The translations under genes and the position numbers were made by a program. From Syntrophorhabdaceae bacterium (lineage in GTDB: Bacteria; Desulfobacterota; Syntrophorhabdia; Syntrophorhabdales; Syntrophorhabdaceae): DNA of 64,000 bases. This document shows, one piece after another, positions 28,712-39,056 of the stretch (positions are counted from its first letter, which is position 1; every line of letters begins with the position of its first letter). The stretch spans positions 3,232,001 through 3,296,000 of the forward strand of contig OY762209.1 in NCBI GenBank assembly GCA_963665295.1. Reading direction: 5' to 3'. The notes under the pieces were generated by a model that made no database searches, was not told the origin of the DNA, and worked only from the letters and a program-made list of their open reading frames with translations.

Positions 28712-29584
28712 ATGATACATGATTTTACGTACCTTAAACCCGGCACGGTTCAGGAAGCCCTGGCCATGCTTTCCGACCACGTGGATGACTGTAAGATTAT
28801 CTGCGGCGGCCAGTCACTACTTATCGTCATGCGGCAGGGCCTTATCGTCGTCAACTACCTGATCGACATCAAGGGATTGAAAGAACTTGATTATATCAAG
28901 TACGATGACAAGGAAGGACTCAAGATCGGCGCAACGACCACCCACAGAGCAATCGAGATGTCCAAGCTTTTGAAAGAGAAGATACCTATTCTGCCGAAAA
29001 TGGAAGAACGGCTCGCCTCAGTGCAGACCCGTAACTGGGGAACCATCGGCGGCAACCTTGCTCACGCTGATGCAGCAGGCGACCCGGCTCCCGTACTTAT
29101 CACTCTTGGCGCGAAGATAAAAGTAGGCGGCAAGAAGGGTGAGAAAGTGTATGACCTTGAAGAGTTCTACACCGACCTTTTCGAGACCGCAATGGAACAC
29201 GATGAGATGGTCCTTGAGATTCAGGTTCCTCCCATGGCTCCCAAGACTGCGTGTGCGTACAAGAAGTTCAACCTCCTCCAGAACGACATGGGCGTGATCG
29301 GCGTAGCCACGAAAGTGACCGTAGATGCGAGCGGAACTATCACCGATGCGCGAATCGTCCTCGGCAACGCGGGCGTGACTCCGATCCGTGCAAAGAGCGC
29401 AGAGCAGATCCTTATCGGCAAGAAGCCTGATGACGCATTATTTGCGGCAGCCGGAGAAGCAGCCGGTGGCGATGCAGACCCTGTGTCCGATATCCATGCT
29501 TCCGACGATTTCAGGCGTCACCTGATCAAAGTCTTCGCGAAGCGTTTGACAAAGCAGGCCTATGACCAGGCTGTGAAACTGTAA
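28712..29584 (+). CDS. Xanthine-dehydrogenase-family FAD subunit (CoxM/HcrB-like)
   Basis: CGGQSLL, IGATT, TRNWGTIGGNLAHAD. Confidence 0.9.
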   Translation: MIHDFTYLKPGTVQEALAMLSDHVDDCKIICGGQSLLIVMRQGLIVVNYLIDIKGLKELDYIKYDDKEGLKIGATTTHRAIEMSKLLKEKIPILPKMEERLASVQTRNWGTIGGNLAHADAAGDPAPVLITLGAKIKVGGKKGEKVYDLEEFYTDLFETAMEHDEMVLEIQVPPMAPKTACAYKKFNLLQNDMGVIGVATKVTVDASGTITDARIVLGNAGVTPIRAKSAEQILIGKKPDDALFAAAGEAAGGDADPVSDIHASDDFRRHLIKVFAKRLTKQAYDQAVKL

Positions 29585-29598
29585 GGAGGGCTACGGAT

Positions 29599-30084
29599 AT
29601 GCAAAAATATGAGATAAAACTATCAGTCAATAAGGTGGAGTACGAGCTTTATATAAACCCCAAGACTCTTCTTGTTGAGGCAATCAGGGATCACGTAGGC
29701 CTCACGGGAACAAAGAGGGGCTGCGAGACAGTATCGTGCGGCGCATGTACGGTTCTGGTCGACGGCGCTGCGGTAAAATCGTGCTCAGTGCTCGCCATGC
29801 AGTGCGCTGGAAAAGAGATCACGACTTCCGAGGGTCTTGAGACCAACGGCAAGCTGGCCCCGATCCAGAAGGCCTTTCTTGACGAAGGTTCCTACCAGTG
29901 CGGATTCTGCACCTCCGGTATGCTCATGGCTACCACGGGACTCCTGAACGAGACCGCGAAGCCGACCGTAGATGAAATCAAAGAAGCGATAGAAGGAAAT
30001 ATTTGCCGCTGCACAGGTTACAATAGCATAGTCCGGGCTGTCGAGCGCGTGGCAGACGGTCAGTACAAGGAGGATTCACTATGA
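29599..30084 (+). CDS. Xanthine-dehydrogenase-family 2x[2Fe-2S] subunit
   Basis: GTKRGCETVSCGACTV, QCGFCTSG, GNICRCTGY. Confidence 0.92.
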   Translation: MQKYEIKLSVNKVEYELYINPKTLLVEAIRDHVGLTGTKRGCETVSCGACTVLVDGAAVKSCSVLAMQCAGKEITTSEGLETNGKLAPIQKAFLDEGSYQCGFCTSGMLMATTGLLNETAKPTVDEIKEAIEGNICRCTGYNSIVRAVERVADGQYKEDSL

Positions 30085-32393
30085 CAACCACGAGTCTGGC
30101 AAAAGAAAAACTGCATGTTATTAACACCCACGTTCACAATGTCGACGGGTGGGCGAAAGTAACAGGCCGTGCAACATACACCTTTGACGTTACCATGCCC
30201 GGCATGCTTTACGGGAGAATTCTCCGGAGTCCCCATCCTCACGCGAAGATATTGAAGATAGACGCAAGCAAGGCCCTCGCGCTGAACGGGGTAAAAGCCG
30301 TAGTGAACGGCAAGGACGACACATTAGGCATCAAACAGGGTATCTGGCGTCGTTTCAACGAGCTTTGTGATGAGCAGATCCTTCCCGTCGAAAAAGTACG
30401 TTACATTGGCGAGCCCGTATGTGCAGTCGCTGCAACAACCGAGGAAATCGCAGAAAAAGCCCTTGACCTTATCGAAGTTGAGTATGAGGTACTTGAGGGC
30501 GTATATGAGCCTTATGAGGCGATGAAGAAGGGCGCGCCAGAGCTTTTCGACGGTGTAGAGAGAAACATCAACGTTACCCGTCATATAGAGTGGGGCGATG
30601 TGGATGCCGGTTTTGAAAAGGCCGATTATATCAGAGAGGACCACTTCTTCTGCGGCGGTCAGGCCCATATGTGTATGGAGACGAGAGCGGCGGTGTCCAG
30701 CTATACGCCGGATAAGAAGCTCACCATCTGGCACTCGAACCAGTCCGCATACTATTTGCAGGGACTCATGGCAGGCGTGCTCGGCATGAGGGAAGGCGAC
30801 ATCCGCGTGATCTCACAGTACGTGGGCGGCGGGTTCGGCGGGAAGTTCGAGCTCGACGGCGCGATCTTCTGCTCGGCGATCCTCAGCATGAAGACATCCA
30901 AGCCCGTGAAGATTATCTACTCAAGAGAGGAGGACTTCATTGCCTCCAAGCGCAGGACCCCGATGCACTACTGGGTCAGGACAGGCGTATCCAAGGACGG
31001 CATGTTCCTCGCTCGTGAGGCCAGGGTCGTGAGCAACGGCGGCGCATACACAGGTATGGGCGCAACAGCTCTCTATTTGACCGGTTTCTTCCACTCTTTT
31101 CCGTACAGGTGGGGCGGATACCGGTATGACGGATACAGAGTCGCCACAAACACCCTTCCGTCAACCTCAATGCGTGGGTTCGGGGCGCCTCAGGCGATGT
31201 TCTGCTCCGAGCAGCAGCTTGAGTGGATAGCAAAAGACCTGGGTCTCGACCCGATCGAAATGAGGAGAAAAAACGGCCACTACGCCGGTTACGAAGTCCC
31301 GGGTCAGGCATTTATCGCGAGCTGCGGTCTTGACGAAGCATTCACGATCATGCAGGATTGGATCGACAAGAAAAAAGCAGCCGGCCTGCCTCCTAACAGG
31401 GGAGTTGGTTTCTCGGCGGCCGGTTTCATGACGGGCGGCATCTTTAACTGGTTCGATACCCCCTACTCATTTTCGTCAGCAGTAATCACCATCAACCAAG
31501 ATGCTACTGTGGAACTGCACATAGGGGCCATCGACATGGGCCAGGGTTCCAACACCACGATGGCCATCATCGCCGCAGAGACCCTCGGAGTAAAGGTTGA
31601 GGACATAAAAGTACATTCAGGCGACACAGACCATTGCCCGGCTGACCTCGGCGCATGGGGTTCAAGACAGACCCTCATGACCGGCAATGCTACCAAGATG
31701 GCCTGCGAGGACGCAAAACATCAGCTTCTCGAGTTCGCATACGCAAAAATGGGTCTCAACATCGTGTACGACCTTGACATCAAGGATCGGTGGGTGCATA
31801 TCGTAGCACGTCCGGAGAGAGGCATGCCATTCCAGGAAGTGGTAACGATGGCGCTTCGCGGTAAAGACGGACAGAGAATCGTGGGCCGTGGCTTCTATAC
31901 TCCTCACCGCAAAGGCATGATCTCCCCCGCATACAGCTACATGCTGCAGGGCGTGGAGGTTGAGATTGATCCCGAGACGGGCAAGATCGACCTCCTCGAC
32001 AGCCTTACCGCCCACGACTGCGGAACGCCGATCAACCACCTGGGCCTTATCGGCCAGTTGGAAGGAGCATTCTCCATGGCAGCCGGCTACGGCTACCTTG
32101 AGTATATGCCCTACGAAGACGGCAAGCTTATGAATCCGAACCTGGTTGACTACAAGATGATCAGGGCAACGGAGATGCCGCATACCCCGATCGCCGAGAT
32201 CGATGTCTACGAGCCGGAGGGACCGTACGGCGCGAAGGAAGCAGGCGAAGGTCTGACCAACCCGACGGCAGCCGCGATCGGAAATGCAATTTTCAACACC
32301 CTCGGCATTCAGATGAAGGAGTGCCCGATCAGGCCGCACATGATCGTGGAAGCCCTTGCAGAAAAGGCAGCGAAAGAGAAAGCGGGAAAGTGA
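30081..32393 (+). CDS. Xanthine-dehydrogenase-family molybdopterin subunit (HcrA-like)
   Basis: LRSPHPHA, GGGFGGK, MRGFG.PQ, DMGQG, GPYGAKEAGEG. Confidence 0.92.
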   Translation: MTTTSLAKEKLHVINTHVHNVDGWAKVTGRATYTFDVTMPGMLYGRILRSPHPHAKILKIDASKALALNGVKAVVNGKDDTLGIKQGIWRRFNELCDEQILPVEKVRYIGEPVCAVAATTEEIAEKALDLIEVEYEVLEGVYEPYEAMKKGAPELFDGVERNINVTRHIEWGDVDAGFEKADYIREDHFFCGGQAHMCMETRAAVSSYTPDKKLTIWHSNQSAYYLQGLMAGVLGMREGDIRVISQYVGGGFGGKFELDGAIFCSAILSMKTSKPVKIIYSREEDFIASKRRTPMHYWVRTGVSKDGMFLAREARVVSNGGAYTGMGATALYLTGFFHSFPYRWGGYRYDGYRVATNTLPSTSMRGFGAPQAMFCSEQQLEWIAKDLGLDPIEMRRKNGHYAGYEVPGQAFIASCGLDEAFTIMQDWIDKKKAAGLPPNRGVGFSAAGFMTGGIFNWFDTPYSFSSAVITINQDATVELHIGAIDMGQGSNTTMAIIAAETLGVKVEDIKVHSGDTDHCPADLGAWGSRQTLMTGNATKMACEDAKHQLLEFAYAKMGLNIVYDLDIKDRWVHIVARPERGMPFQEVVTMALRGKDGQRIVGRGFYTPHRKGMISPAYSYMLQGVEVEIDPETGKIDLLDSLTAHDCGTPINHLGLIGQLEGAFSMAAGYGYLEYMPYEDGKLMNPNLVDYKMIRATEMPHTPIAEIDVYEPEGPYGAKEAGEGLTNPTAAAIGNAIFNTLGIQMKECPIRPHMIVEALAEKAAKEKAGK

Positions 32394-32425
32394 GAAAATA
32401 CCCAATTGCGTAAAGGAGGTATACA

Positions 32426-32659
32426 ATGGCAATAGAATTAAGATTTAAGTGCCCCGTATGTGGCAAGCAGTACGAAGTGAGCTTGCAGGTGGCACGGCAT
32501 ATATTCGGAACCGGCGACAAGAAACATCGTGACTGGGTTGATTCTCAGGGCGTGAACTTCAAAGACCTTCTGGTTAACCAGGCCTTGAATCCCGGCAATG
32601 AGAGCTATCAGGTCGTGGCCGACCTTGTAGAGAAGGCACAGGCAAGCCTGAAGAAGTGA
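32426..32659 (+). CDS. Small protein with a C2H2-like motif
   Basis: CPVC-x12-H-x8-H; SD AAGGAGGT. Confidence 0.7.
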   Translation: MAIELRFKCPVCGKQYEVSLQVARHIFGTGDKKHRDWVDSQGVNFKDLLVNQALNPGNESYQVVADLVEKAQASLKK

Positions 32660-32685
32660 GTATTCTTTGAATAGAGGAGGCTTTC

Positions 32686-33138
32686 ATGATAATTGAAGGT
32701 GGATTCACACTCAAAGCGCCGATCGACAAGCTGTATGATTTCCTTATGCAGCCTGAGACCGTCATGACGTGCATACCGGGCACTGAGTCGGTCAAAATTA
32801 TCGATGACAAGAGCTTTGAGAGCGTGGTGAAACAGCGCGTGGGTATCATCTCCGTGAAGTTGAAGTTCGTAACGAAGGTGGTCAAGGTCGAGAGACCGAC
32901 ACATGCAGAGTTTGAGGGCGAAGGCGAGGACATGACGAAGCTTGGACACTTCAAGCAGAAGACCGAGCTTAACCTGAAAGAAGTGGCTCCCGGCGAAGTC
33001 GAGTTCTCCTACAAAGTAGATGTGGCAATCGTGGGAAAACTGGCAATGTTCGGCGACCGCGTTATGAAGCAGAAAGCGAAAGACACAGAGAAGGCGTTCA
33101 CCGCTAACCTCCAGGAAAAACTGAAGGGTATGGCGTAA
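32686..33138 (+). CDS. coxG: CoxG/SRPBCC family protein
   Basis: CIPG.E, VGKLAMFG.RVM; lies in the Mo-hydroxylase operon. Confidence 0.8.
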   Translation: MIIEGGFTLKAPIDKLYDFLMQPETVMTCIPGTESVKIIDDKSFESVVKQRVGIISVKLKFVTKVVKVERPTHAEFEGEGEDMTKLGHFKQKTELNLKEVAPGEVEFSYKVDVAIVGKLAMFGDRVMKQKAKDTEKAFTANLQEKLKGMA

Positions 33139-33164
33139 GAAACCTTTTCTACGAAGGGTAGCGA

Positions 33165-33198
33165 GCAAGAGGGTTTCCCAAAAGGGAAACCCTCTTGC
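33165..33198. terminator. Perfect 15-bp stem-loop after the Mo-enzyme operon
   Basis: GCAAGAGGGTTTCCC-AAAA-GGGAAACCCTCTTGC; there is no U-tract. Confidence 0.55.
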
Positions 33199-33375
33199 AC
33201 AGATTGTCCAGTCCTGCAGGGGTAACCTGTGGGCGTTCGTGTTTTGCGTGCTGGAAGGCCCTTGCCCTATGGTTGTCGGGTCTTGCATCCGTGACCATAG
33301 ACCGTGGACACACGAATAGTGCATTATGCAATGGTAGCATTGACTGGAACAGTGGAACGGCGGTAGACTGAGTGT

Positions 33376-34737
33376 ATGAGCGGCATGAAGGATAGGGACA
33401 TCATCCTCGATTCGATCAACGAGGGCGTTTTTACCGTCGATGAAGAGTGGCGGATTACCTCTTTTAACGCAGCGGCCGAGATCATTACGGGAATACCTCG
33501 TGGTGAGGCGATAGGCCGACGGTGCATGGATGTCTTTCATGCCAACATTTGCGAGAATGCCTGTGCTTTGCGACGCACCATGTCAGACGGGGAACCCGTG
33601 GCGAATGCCCTGGCCCATATAATAAATAACGGTGGTCGCCGTGTGCCCGTCCGGATATCTACTGCTTTGTTGAAAGATGACGAAGACCGCGTGATCGGCG
33701 GAGTCGAAACCTTTCACGATCTGAGCCAGGTGGAGGAACTGAAGAAGGAACTCCGGGGGCGCCACAGCTTTCAGGACATTATCGGTCGGAGCCAACCCAT
33801 GGCACGCCTTTTCGATCTGGTGCCGAGGATAGCCGAAAGCGTCAGCACCGTTCTGATCGAGGGGGCAAGCGGGACGGGAAAGGAGCTTTTTGCACGGGCA
33901 GTCCACAATCTCTCGAATAGAAAACAGACGCGGTTCGTGGCGGTTAACTGCGGCGCCCTGCCGGACACGCTTCTTGAGAGCGAGTTGTTCGGATATAAAG
34001 CGGGGGCGTTTACCGATGCCCGCCGGGACAAGGCCGGCCGCTTTGCCCTAGCGGAGGGGGGGACCATTTTTCTCGACGAGATCGGTGATATTTCGTCTGC
34101 GATGCAGGTGCGCCTGCTGCGGGTCCTTCAGGAAAGGGTGATAGAGCCTCTCGGGGGGGTGGAGCCGGTTAAGGTGAATGTCAGGATAGTGGCGGCGACC
34201 AACAGAAACCTGGCCGATCTCGTGAAGGCCGGTTTGTTCCGTGAAGACCTGTACTACCGCATCCGGGTGATCCACCTCGTGCTGCCGAGCCTGAGAGAGA
34301 GGCGCGAAGATATTCCCCTCCTCGTGGATTATCTCGTGACAAAGCTCAACCACCTCCAGGGGAAGGATGTCGCAGGGGTTTCCGCCGAGGTAATGGCAAG
34401 GCTGATGGAACACGATTTTCCGGGCAACGTGCGGGAACTGGAAAACATCATCGAACAGGCTTTCGTGTTGTGCCGCGGCGGGTTGATCGAAATGAACCAT
34501 TTACCCCCGGAACTTCGGCCTCCAGGAGTGCTTGGCCCTGATGACCACATGTCGATGACCATTGCCTCGATGGAGAGGCAGCTCATAGCGTCCACCCTCG
34601 GTCGCAATCATGGTAACCGCAGGAAAACGGCTACCGATCTTGGCATCAATACGAGCACACTTTTTCGCAAGATCAGGTCATACGGCCTGGATGCCCCGCC
34701 TTTTGACGGCCGCAGGAGAGGGGATGCGAGCCGGTAG
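33376..34737 (+). CDS. PAS-AAA+-Fis sigma54-dependent activator, OrpR-like
   Basis: GASGTGKE, ESELFG..GAFTDA, FREDLYYR; PAS domain with C-x8-C-x3-C (CMDVFHANICENAC). Confidence 0.9.
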   Translation: MSGMKDRDIILDSINEGVFTVDEEWRITSFNAAAEIITGIPRGEAIGRRCMDVFHANICENACALRRTMSDGEPVANALAHIINNGGRRVPVRISTALLKDDEDRVIGGVETFHDLSQVEELKKELRGRHSFQDIIGRSQPMARLFDLVPRIAESVSTVLIEGASGTGKELFARAVHNLSNRKQTRFVAVNCGALPDTLLESELFGYKAGAFTDARRDKAGRFALAEGGTIFLDEIGDISSAMQVRLLRVLQERVIEPLGGVEPVKVNVRIVAATNRNLADLVKAGLFREDLYYRIRVIHLVLPSLRERREDIPLLVDYLVTKLNHLQGKDVAGVSAEVMARLMEHDFPGNVRELENIIEQAFVLCRGGLIEMNHLPPELRPPGVLGPDDHMSMTIASMERQLIASTLGRNHGNRRKTATDLGINTSTLFRKIRSYGLDAPPFDGRRRGDASR

Positions 34738-34852
34738 ATCGGAAATGCTTGATCCTGCACCCCAACCTTTCGAAAACGATTGCCGACCCGCAGGGGCGCC
34801 GTTCACTTGGATCTCTGCAGTACTAAAGGTTTGGGAACAGGGGGCAAATTAG

Positions 34853-35827
34853 ATGTTGGTGGATCGTTTTGACCGGGCAATAAATTACATAAGAATTTCC
34901 GTGACCGACAGGTGCAACCTGAGGTGCAGGTATTGCGTGGACGGTCAGTTTCCCTTTATCGCTCACGGTGAGATACTGAGGTACGAGGAGATTATCAGGT
35001 TCGTGCGTATATGCGCGGGCCTGGGCGTCAATAAGGTGCGGATTACCGGTGGCGAGCCTCTCGTGAGAAAGGGCATCCCTTATCTCATAAAAGAGATAGG
35101 GTCTATCCCCGGAATCACGGACATGGGCCTTACCACGAACGGGGTGTTTCTCGGTGTCCAGATGGCCGCCCTTCAAGAGGCAGGCTTAAAGAGGGTCAAT
35201 GTAAGTCTCGACACCATGAAGAAAGACAGGTTCGCCTTCATTACCGGGGTCGACGCCTTCGACGAAGTGCTGAAAAGCATTAAAATGTCCGTTAATTCGG
35301 GTCTGAGCCCTGTGAAGATCAACGCGGTGATTATCCAGGGCTTTAACGACGACGAAATTTTCGACTTCGCAAGGCTTGCCAAAACCAGGAATGTGGAGAT
35401 CCGTTTTATCGAGTTTATGCCGTTTGGGGAGATGGACCTCTGGCAAAGCGCAAAAATAATTACCTCCCGGGAGATAGAAACACTCGTGCGCACCAGGTAC
35501 GAGCTTTCCCCCTCCGCCGCTTCACAGGACGGTCCCGCAAAAATGTTCGATATAAAGGGCGGCGTGGGCAAGATCGGCTTCATCAGCCCCGTCTCGACCC
35601 ACATCTGTAGTCAATGCAACCGGATGAGGCTCACCTCCCATGGTACTATAAAGCCGTGTCTTTTCGGGGACGAGGAGTATGATGCGAGGACCATGCTCCG
35701 GGAGGGTGCGCCGGATGAGGAGATCCGCGCCTTTGTGAGGGAAACGGTAAGGGCTAAGCCGGAACGGAAGGCGGAGATGGGCCGGATAAGGAAGTGTCAG
35801 GGGAGCCTTCGCCATATCGGGGGATAG
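34853..35827 (+). CDS. moaA: GTP 3',8-cyclase
   Basis: RISVTDRCNLRCRYC, RITGGEPL, CSQCNR.RLT, terminal IGG. Confidence 0.95.
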   Translation: MLVDRFDRAINYIRISVTDRCNLRCRYCVDGQFPFIAHGEILRYEEIIRFVRICAGLGVNKVRITGGEPLVRKGIPYLIKEIGSIPGITDMGLTTNGVFLGVQMAALQEAGLKRVNVSLDTMKKDRFAFITGVDAFDEVLKSIKMSVNSGLSPVKINAVIIQGFNDDEIFDFARLAKTRNVEIRFIEFMPFGEMDLWQSAKIITSREIETLVRTRYELSPSAASQDGPAKMFDIKGGVGKIGFISPVSTHICSQCNRMRLTSHGTIKPCLFGDEEYDARTMLREGAPDEEIRAFVRETVRAKPERKAEMGRIRKCQGSLRHIGG

Positions 35828-35878
35828 CACAAAAGAGAGCCCGGGAACGGGCGATTTCGAGTAAGGAGCGCATAATAT

Positions 35879-36349
35879 ATGGAACTTACCCACATAGATA
35901 AGGACGGCAAGGCGCGCATGGTCGACGTCTCGGGGAAGCAGGAAACCGAGAGGGAGGCGAAGGCGGCAGGCAAGGTAAGGATGGCCAGGGCCACCTATGA
36001 CCTCGTAAGAACGGGTCGGGGTCCGAAGGGCGACATCTTTACCGTGGCCAAGATAGCGGGCATCATGGGCGCCAAGAGGACCCACGAGATGATCCCCTTA
36101 TGCCACCCCCTTCCGCTGACCCATATAGACGTGAGTTTCGACTTCGATGATCCGGAAGGGGTCGTGAACATAACCGCCACAGCAAAAACAAAAGGCCAGA
36201 CCGGAGTGGAGATGGAGGCCCTCACCTGCGCCATGGTGACCGCCCTCACTTTTTATGATATGTGTAAAGCCGTGGACAAAGGCATCGAGCTGGGGCCTTT
36301 TTTTCTCCTTGAAAAGAGCGGGGGAAAGAGCGGAAAATATACGAGATAG
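35879..36349 (+). CDS. moaC: Cyclic pyranopterin monophosphate synthase
   Basis: LTHID..G.ARMVDVS.K, IPLCHP, TGVEMEAL, EKSGGKSG. Confidence 0.95.
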   Translation: MELTHIDKDGKARMVDVSGKQETEREAKAAGKVRMARATYDLVRTGRGPKGDIFTVAKIAGIMGAKRTHEMIPLCHPLPLTHIDVSFDFDDPEGVVNITATAKTKGQTGVEMEALTCAMVTALTFYDMCKAVDKGIELGPFFLLEKSGGKSGKYTR

Positions 36350-36450
36350 GAAGCGATCATGAGTTTTGGCCCTGCCGCTTAGCCATATGGCTGAAGTGGT
36401 GGAACTGCCCTGTCCCGCTGGGCCGTTCCACCACATAAGATATCAGGAGG

Positions 36451-37287
36451 ATGACCCATTTGAATGTCGAATTGTTAAGATGCGTATATTTTTCTCCCAC
36501 GGGAACGACCGGGGCAATCGTAAAAGCAATAGCACCGGGCCTTGGAAGTCTCAGGACAACAATGGTGAACCGCACAAGAAAAGCTGCAAGGGACGGGGAG
36601 ACCCGGGCTTTTCGAAATGAAGTTGTCATCCTTGCATCTCCCGTCTACTATGGGCGACTGCCGGAGACCGTGGCCCGCTACTACTCTACGCTCTCGGCCG
36701 AAAATACCCCCGCCCTGATCGTGGTTGTGTACGGGAACCGGGCCTACGATGACGCCTTGAGGGAATTATACGACATAGCGACGGCAAGGGGATTCATTCC
36801 CGTTGCAGGGGCTGCCTTTATCGGAGAGCATTCCTATTCTTCGGCGGACCAGCCCATCGCCGCAGGCAGACCGGACGGAGAAGACCTCATGAAGGCCCGG
36901 AAATTCGGCGCCCTGGTCCGGAAGAAGCTGGATGGCCTTGATTCTCTGAAGGCTATGGAACGCCTCGTTGTTCCCGGAAACGTCCCGTACAGGGAACCGG
37001 ACGGCCTTTATCAAGTGAAGAAATTGAGGCAAACCGCCGCTTTCACGCCCGAAACCGACGCATCCCTCTGCACCCGGTGCGACCTGTGCGCTCAGGTCTG
37101 TCCCACGGCGGCCCTCGACCCCGACAACCTCGCAAAGACGAATAAGGAGGAATGCATCCTCTGTTTCCAGTGTGTCAAGGTGTGTCCCGTAGGGGTACGA
37201 AGGATGGAGGACATGTCTTCCAGCCCCGTGGTGAAGCGCATTTATGAGACCTGCCGGGAGAGAAAAGAGCCCGAATACTATCTCTGA
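36451..37287 (+). CDS. Flavodoxin-ferredoxin fusion (EFR1-like)
   Basis: YFSPTGTT, PVYYG, YGNRAYDDAL; two CxxCxxCxxxCP motifs. Confidence 0.85.
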   Translation: MTHLNVELLRCVYFSPTGTTGAIVKAIAPGLGSLRTTMVNRTRKAARDGETRAFRNEVVILASPVYYGRLPETVARYYSTLSAENTPALIVVVYGNRAYDDALRELYDIATARGFIPVAGAAFIGEHSYSSADQPIAAGRPDGEDLMKARKFGALVRKKLDGLDSLKAMERLVVPGNVPYREPDGLYQVKKLRQTAAFTPETDASLCTRCDLCAQVCPTAALDPDNLAKTNKEECILCFQCVKVCPVGVRRMEDMSSSPVVKRIYETCRERKEPEYYL

Positions 37288-37314
37288 AAAGGAGCTACGA
37301 CGGAGGATAAACCT

Positions 37315-39030
37315 ATGGCAAGACAAAACAAAGCAGAACGGAAAAAAATCATCGTAATCGGCGGTTCGGCCGCGGGGCCCAAGGCAGCGGCACGAGCAAG
37401 GCGCATGGACCAGGAGGCGGAGATCGTACTGATCCAGAAGGAGCCGGATCTCTCCATGGCCTCGTGCGGTTACCCCTACTACGTGGGTGGCTTTTTTGAT
37501 GACCGGAACCAGCTTCTCTCCACTTCCGCCGGGGTGATCAGGAACCCCGTATACTACCTCAATGCGAAAGGGATAGACGCGAGGACCCATACCGAGGCCA
37601 CGGAAATAGACAAGGGCGAAAAGACCGTGACGTGCAGAAGCCTCACCAGCGGTGAGACCGAGGTCCTCGAATACGACAAACTCATTATAGCCACGGGATC
37701 GCTCGCGAACATCCCGAATGTTCCCGGCAAGGACCTCAAGGGAATTACAACCCTTAAATCCATGGCGGACGCAGATTTCCTGAGACGGATACGGGACGAA
37801 GGCAGGGTAAAGCGGGCGGTTGTCGTCGGCGGAGGGCTCATCGGCATCGAAACATGTGAGGCCCTGCGTCTGGCGGGCATCGAGATTACCGTTATAGAGC
37901 TTCTTCCCCAGATACTCATGTTCCTTGACTGGCAGCTCGCAAAAATACTGGAGAACCACGTCAAAACCAAGGCCGCGAATGTGATTACCGGGAACGGCAT
38001 CGCACAGTTTCTCAGCGAAGACGGCGTTTTATCGGCGGTCAAGCTGGCGAACGGCACCGAACTGCCCTGTGAGCTTGCCGTGATCGCCGTGGGCGTGAGA
38101 CCGAACGCGGACCTGGCGCGCCGGGCCGGTCTCAGTTTGGGCGAAACCGGCGGCATAGTCGTGGACCCCTATATGCAAACGTCCGATTCCCACATATACG
38201 CGGCAGGTGACTGCACCGAGCAGTCTCATCTTATCACCGGGGGAGGGACCTACGCGCCCCTCGGGGACCTTGCAAACCTTGAGGGAAGAGTGGCGGGCGA
38301 GAATGCGGCGTTGGGCAACGTAGTAACTTTCCCGGGTACGGTCCAGTCCGGAATCTGCAAAATCTTCGACTATGCCGCGGGGTCCACAGGGTTATCGGAG
38401 GCCAAGGCCCGCGAGCTAGGCTATCAGGATATAACGAGCGTCGTGATCGCGGGCACGGATAAGCCGGGATTCATGAAGGGGAGGATGCTCATATCCAAGA
38501 TGGTGGTGGATAACAAATCTGAAAAGATAATCGGATTTCAGTGTATAGGCCAGGGCGACGTGAGCAAACAGGTGGCACAGGCCGCCATTGCAATACAGGC
38601 AAACATGGCCGTCAAGGACCTTGTGAACCTTGACCTCCCCTACGCCCCTCCCTTCACCCTTGCCATAGACAATTTCATTGTCTGCGCTCACGTGATTGAA
38701 AACAAGCTCAAGGGTCGCCTCAAGGGCATATCGGCCGAAGAGGTCAAGGGAAAGTACGACCGTCACGAAGGCATGTACCTTCTCGACGTGCGGGGCCCTG
38801 ATGAATTCGAGGCGACACGGCTGGGCATGGGAGAGACGCTTATCCCTCTTGGGGCTTTGAGAAAGAGGTTTGACGAGCTTCCTTCGGATAAGAACGAAGA
38901 GATAATAGTCTACTGCAAGATTTCTTTAAGGGGCTATGAAGCGGCACTCGTTTTGGAGGCTCACGGGTGGAGAAACGTGAAGGTGATGGAAGGCGGCATT
39001 GTGGCATGGCCCTATCCAAGAGAGAAGTAG
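37315..39030 (+). CDS. CoA-disulfide/persulfide reductase with C-terminal rhodanese domain
   Basis: GGSAAG, SMASCGYPYY, GGGLIG.E, YAPPF, LDVR..E, YCKISLRG. Confidence 0.88.
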   Translation: MARQNKAERKKIIVIGGSAAGPKAAARARRMDQEAEIVLIQKEPDLSMASCGYPYYVGGFFDDRNQLLSTSAGVIRNPVYYLNAKGIDARTHTEATEIDKGEKTVTCRSLTSGETEVLEYDKLIIATGSLANIPNVPGKDLKGITTLKSMADADFLRRIRDEGRVKRAVVVGGGLIGIETCEALRLAGIEITVIELLPQILMFLDWQLAKILENHVKTKAANVITGNGIAQFLSEDGVLSAVKLANGTELPCELAVIAVGVRPNADLARRAGLSLGETGGIVVDPYMQTSDSHIYAAGDCTEQSHLITGGGTYAPLGDLANLEGRVAGENAALGNVVTFPGTVQSGICKIFDYAAGSTGLSEAKARELGYQDITSVVIAGTDKPGFMKGRMLISKMVVDNKSEKIIGFQCIGQGDVSKQVAQAAIAIQANMAVKDLVNLDLPYAPPFTLAIDNFIVCAHVIENKLKGRLKGISAEEVKGKYDRHEGMYLLDVRGPDEFEATRLGMGETLIPLGALRKRFDELPSDKNEEIIVYCKISLRGYEAALVLEAHGWRNVKVMEGGIVAWPYPREK

Positions 39031-39056
39031 CCGATCCTACGAAAAGAGGAGGGATT

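Noticed and set aside
28712..33138. Aerobic CO dehydrogenase (coxMSL)
   Set aside because: The large subunit has TSMRGFG rather than the AYxCSFR active-site motif.
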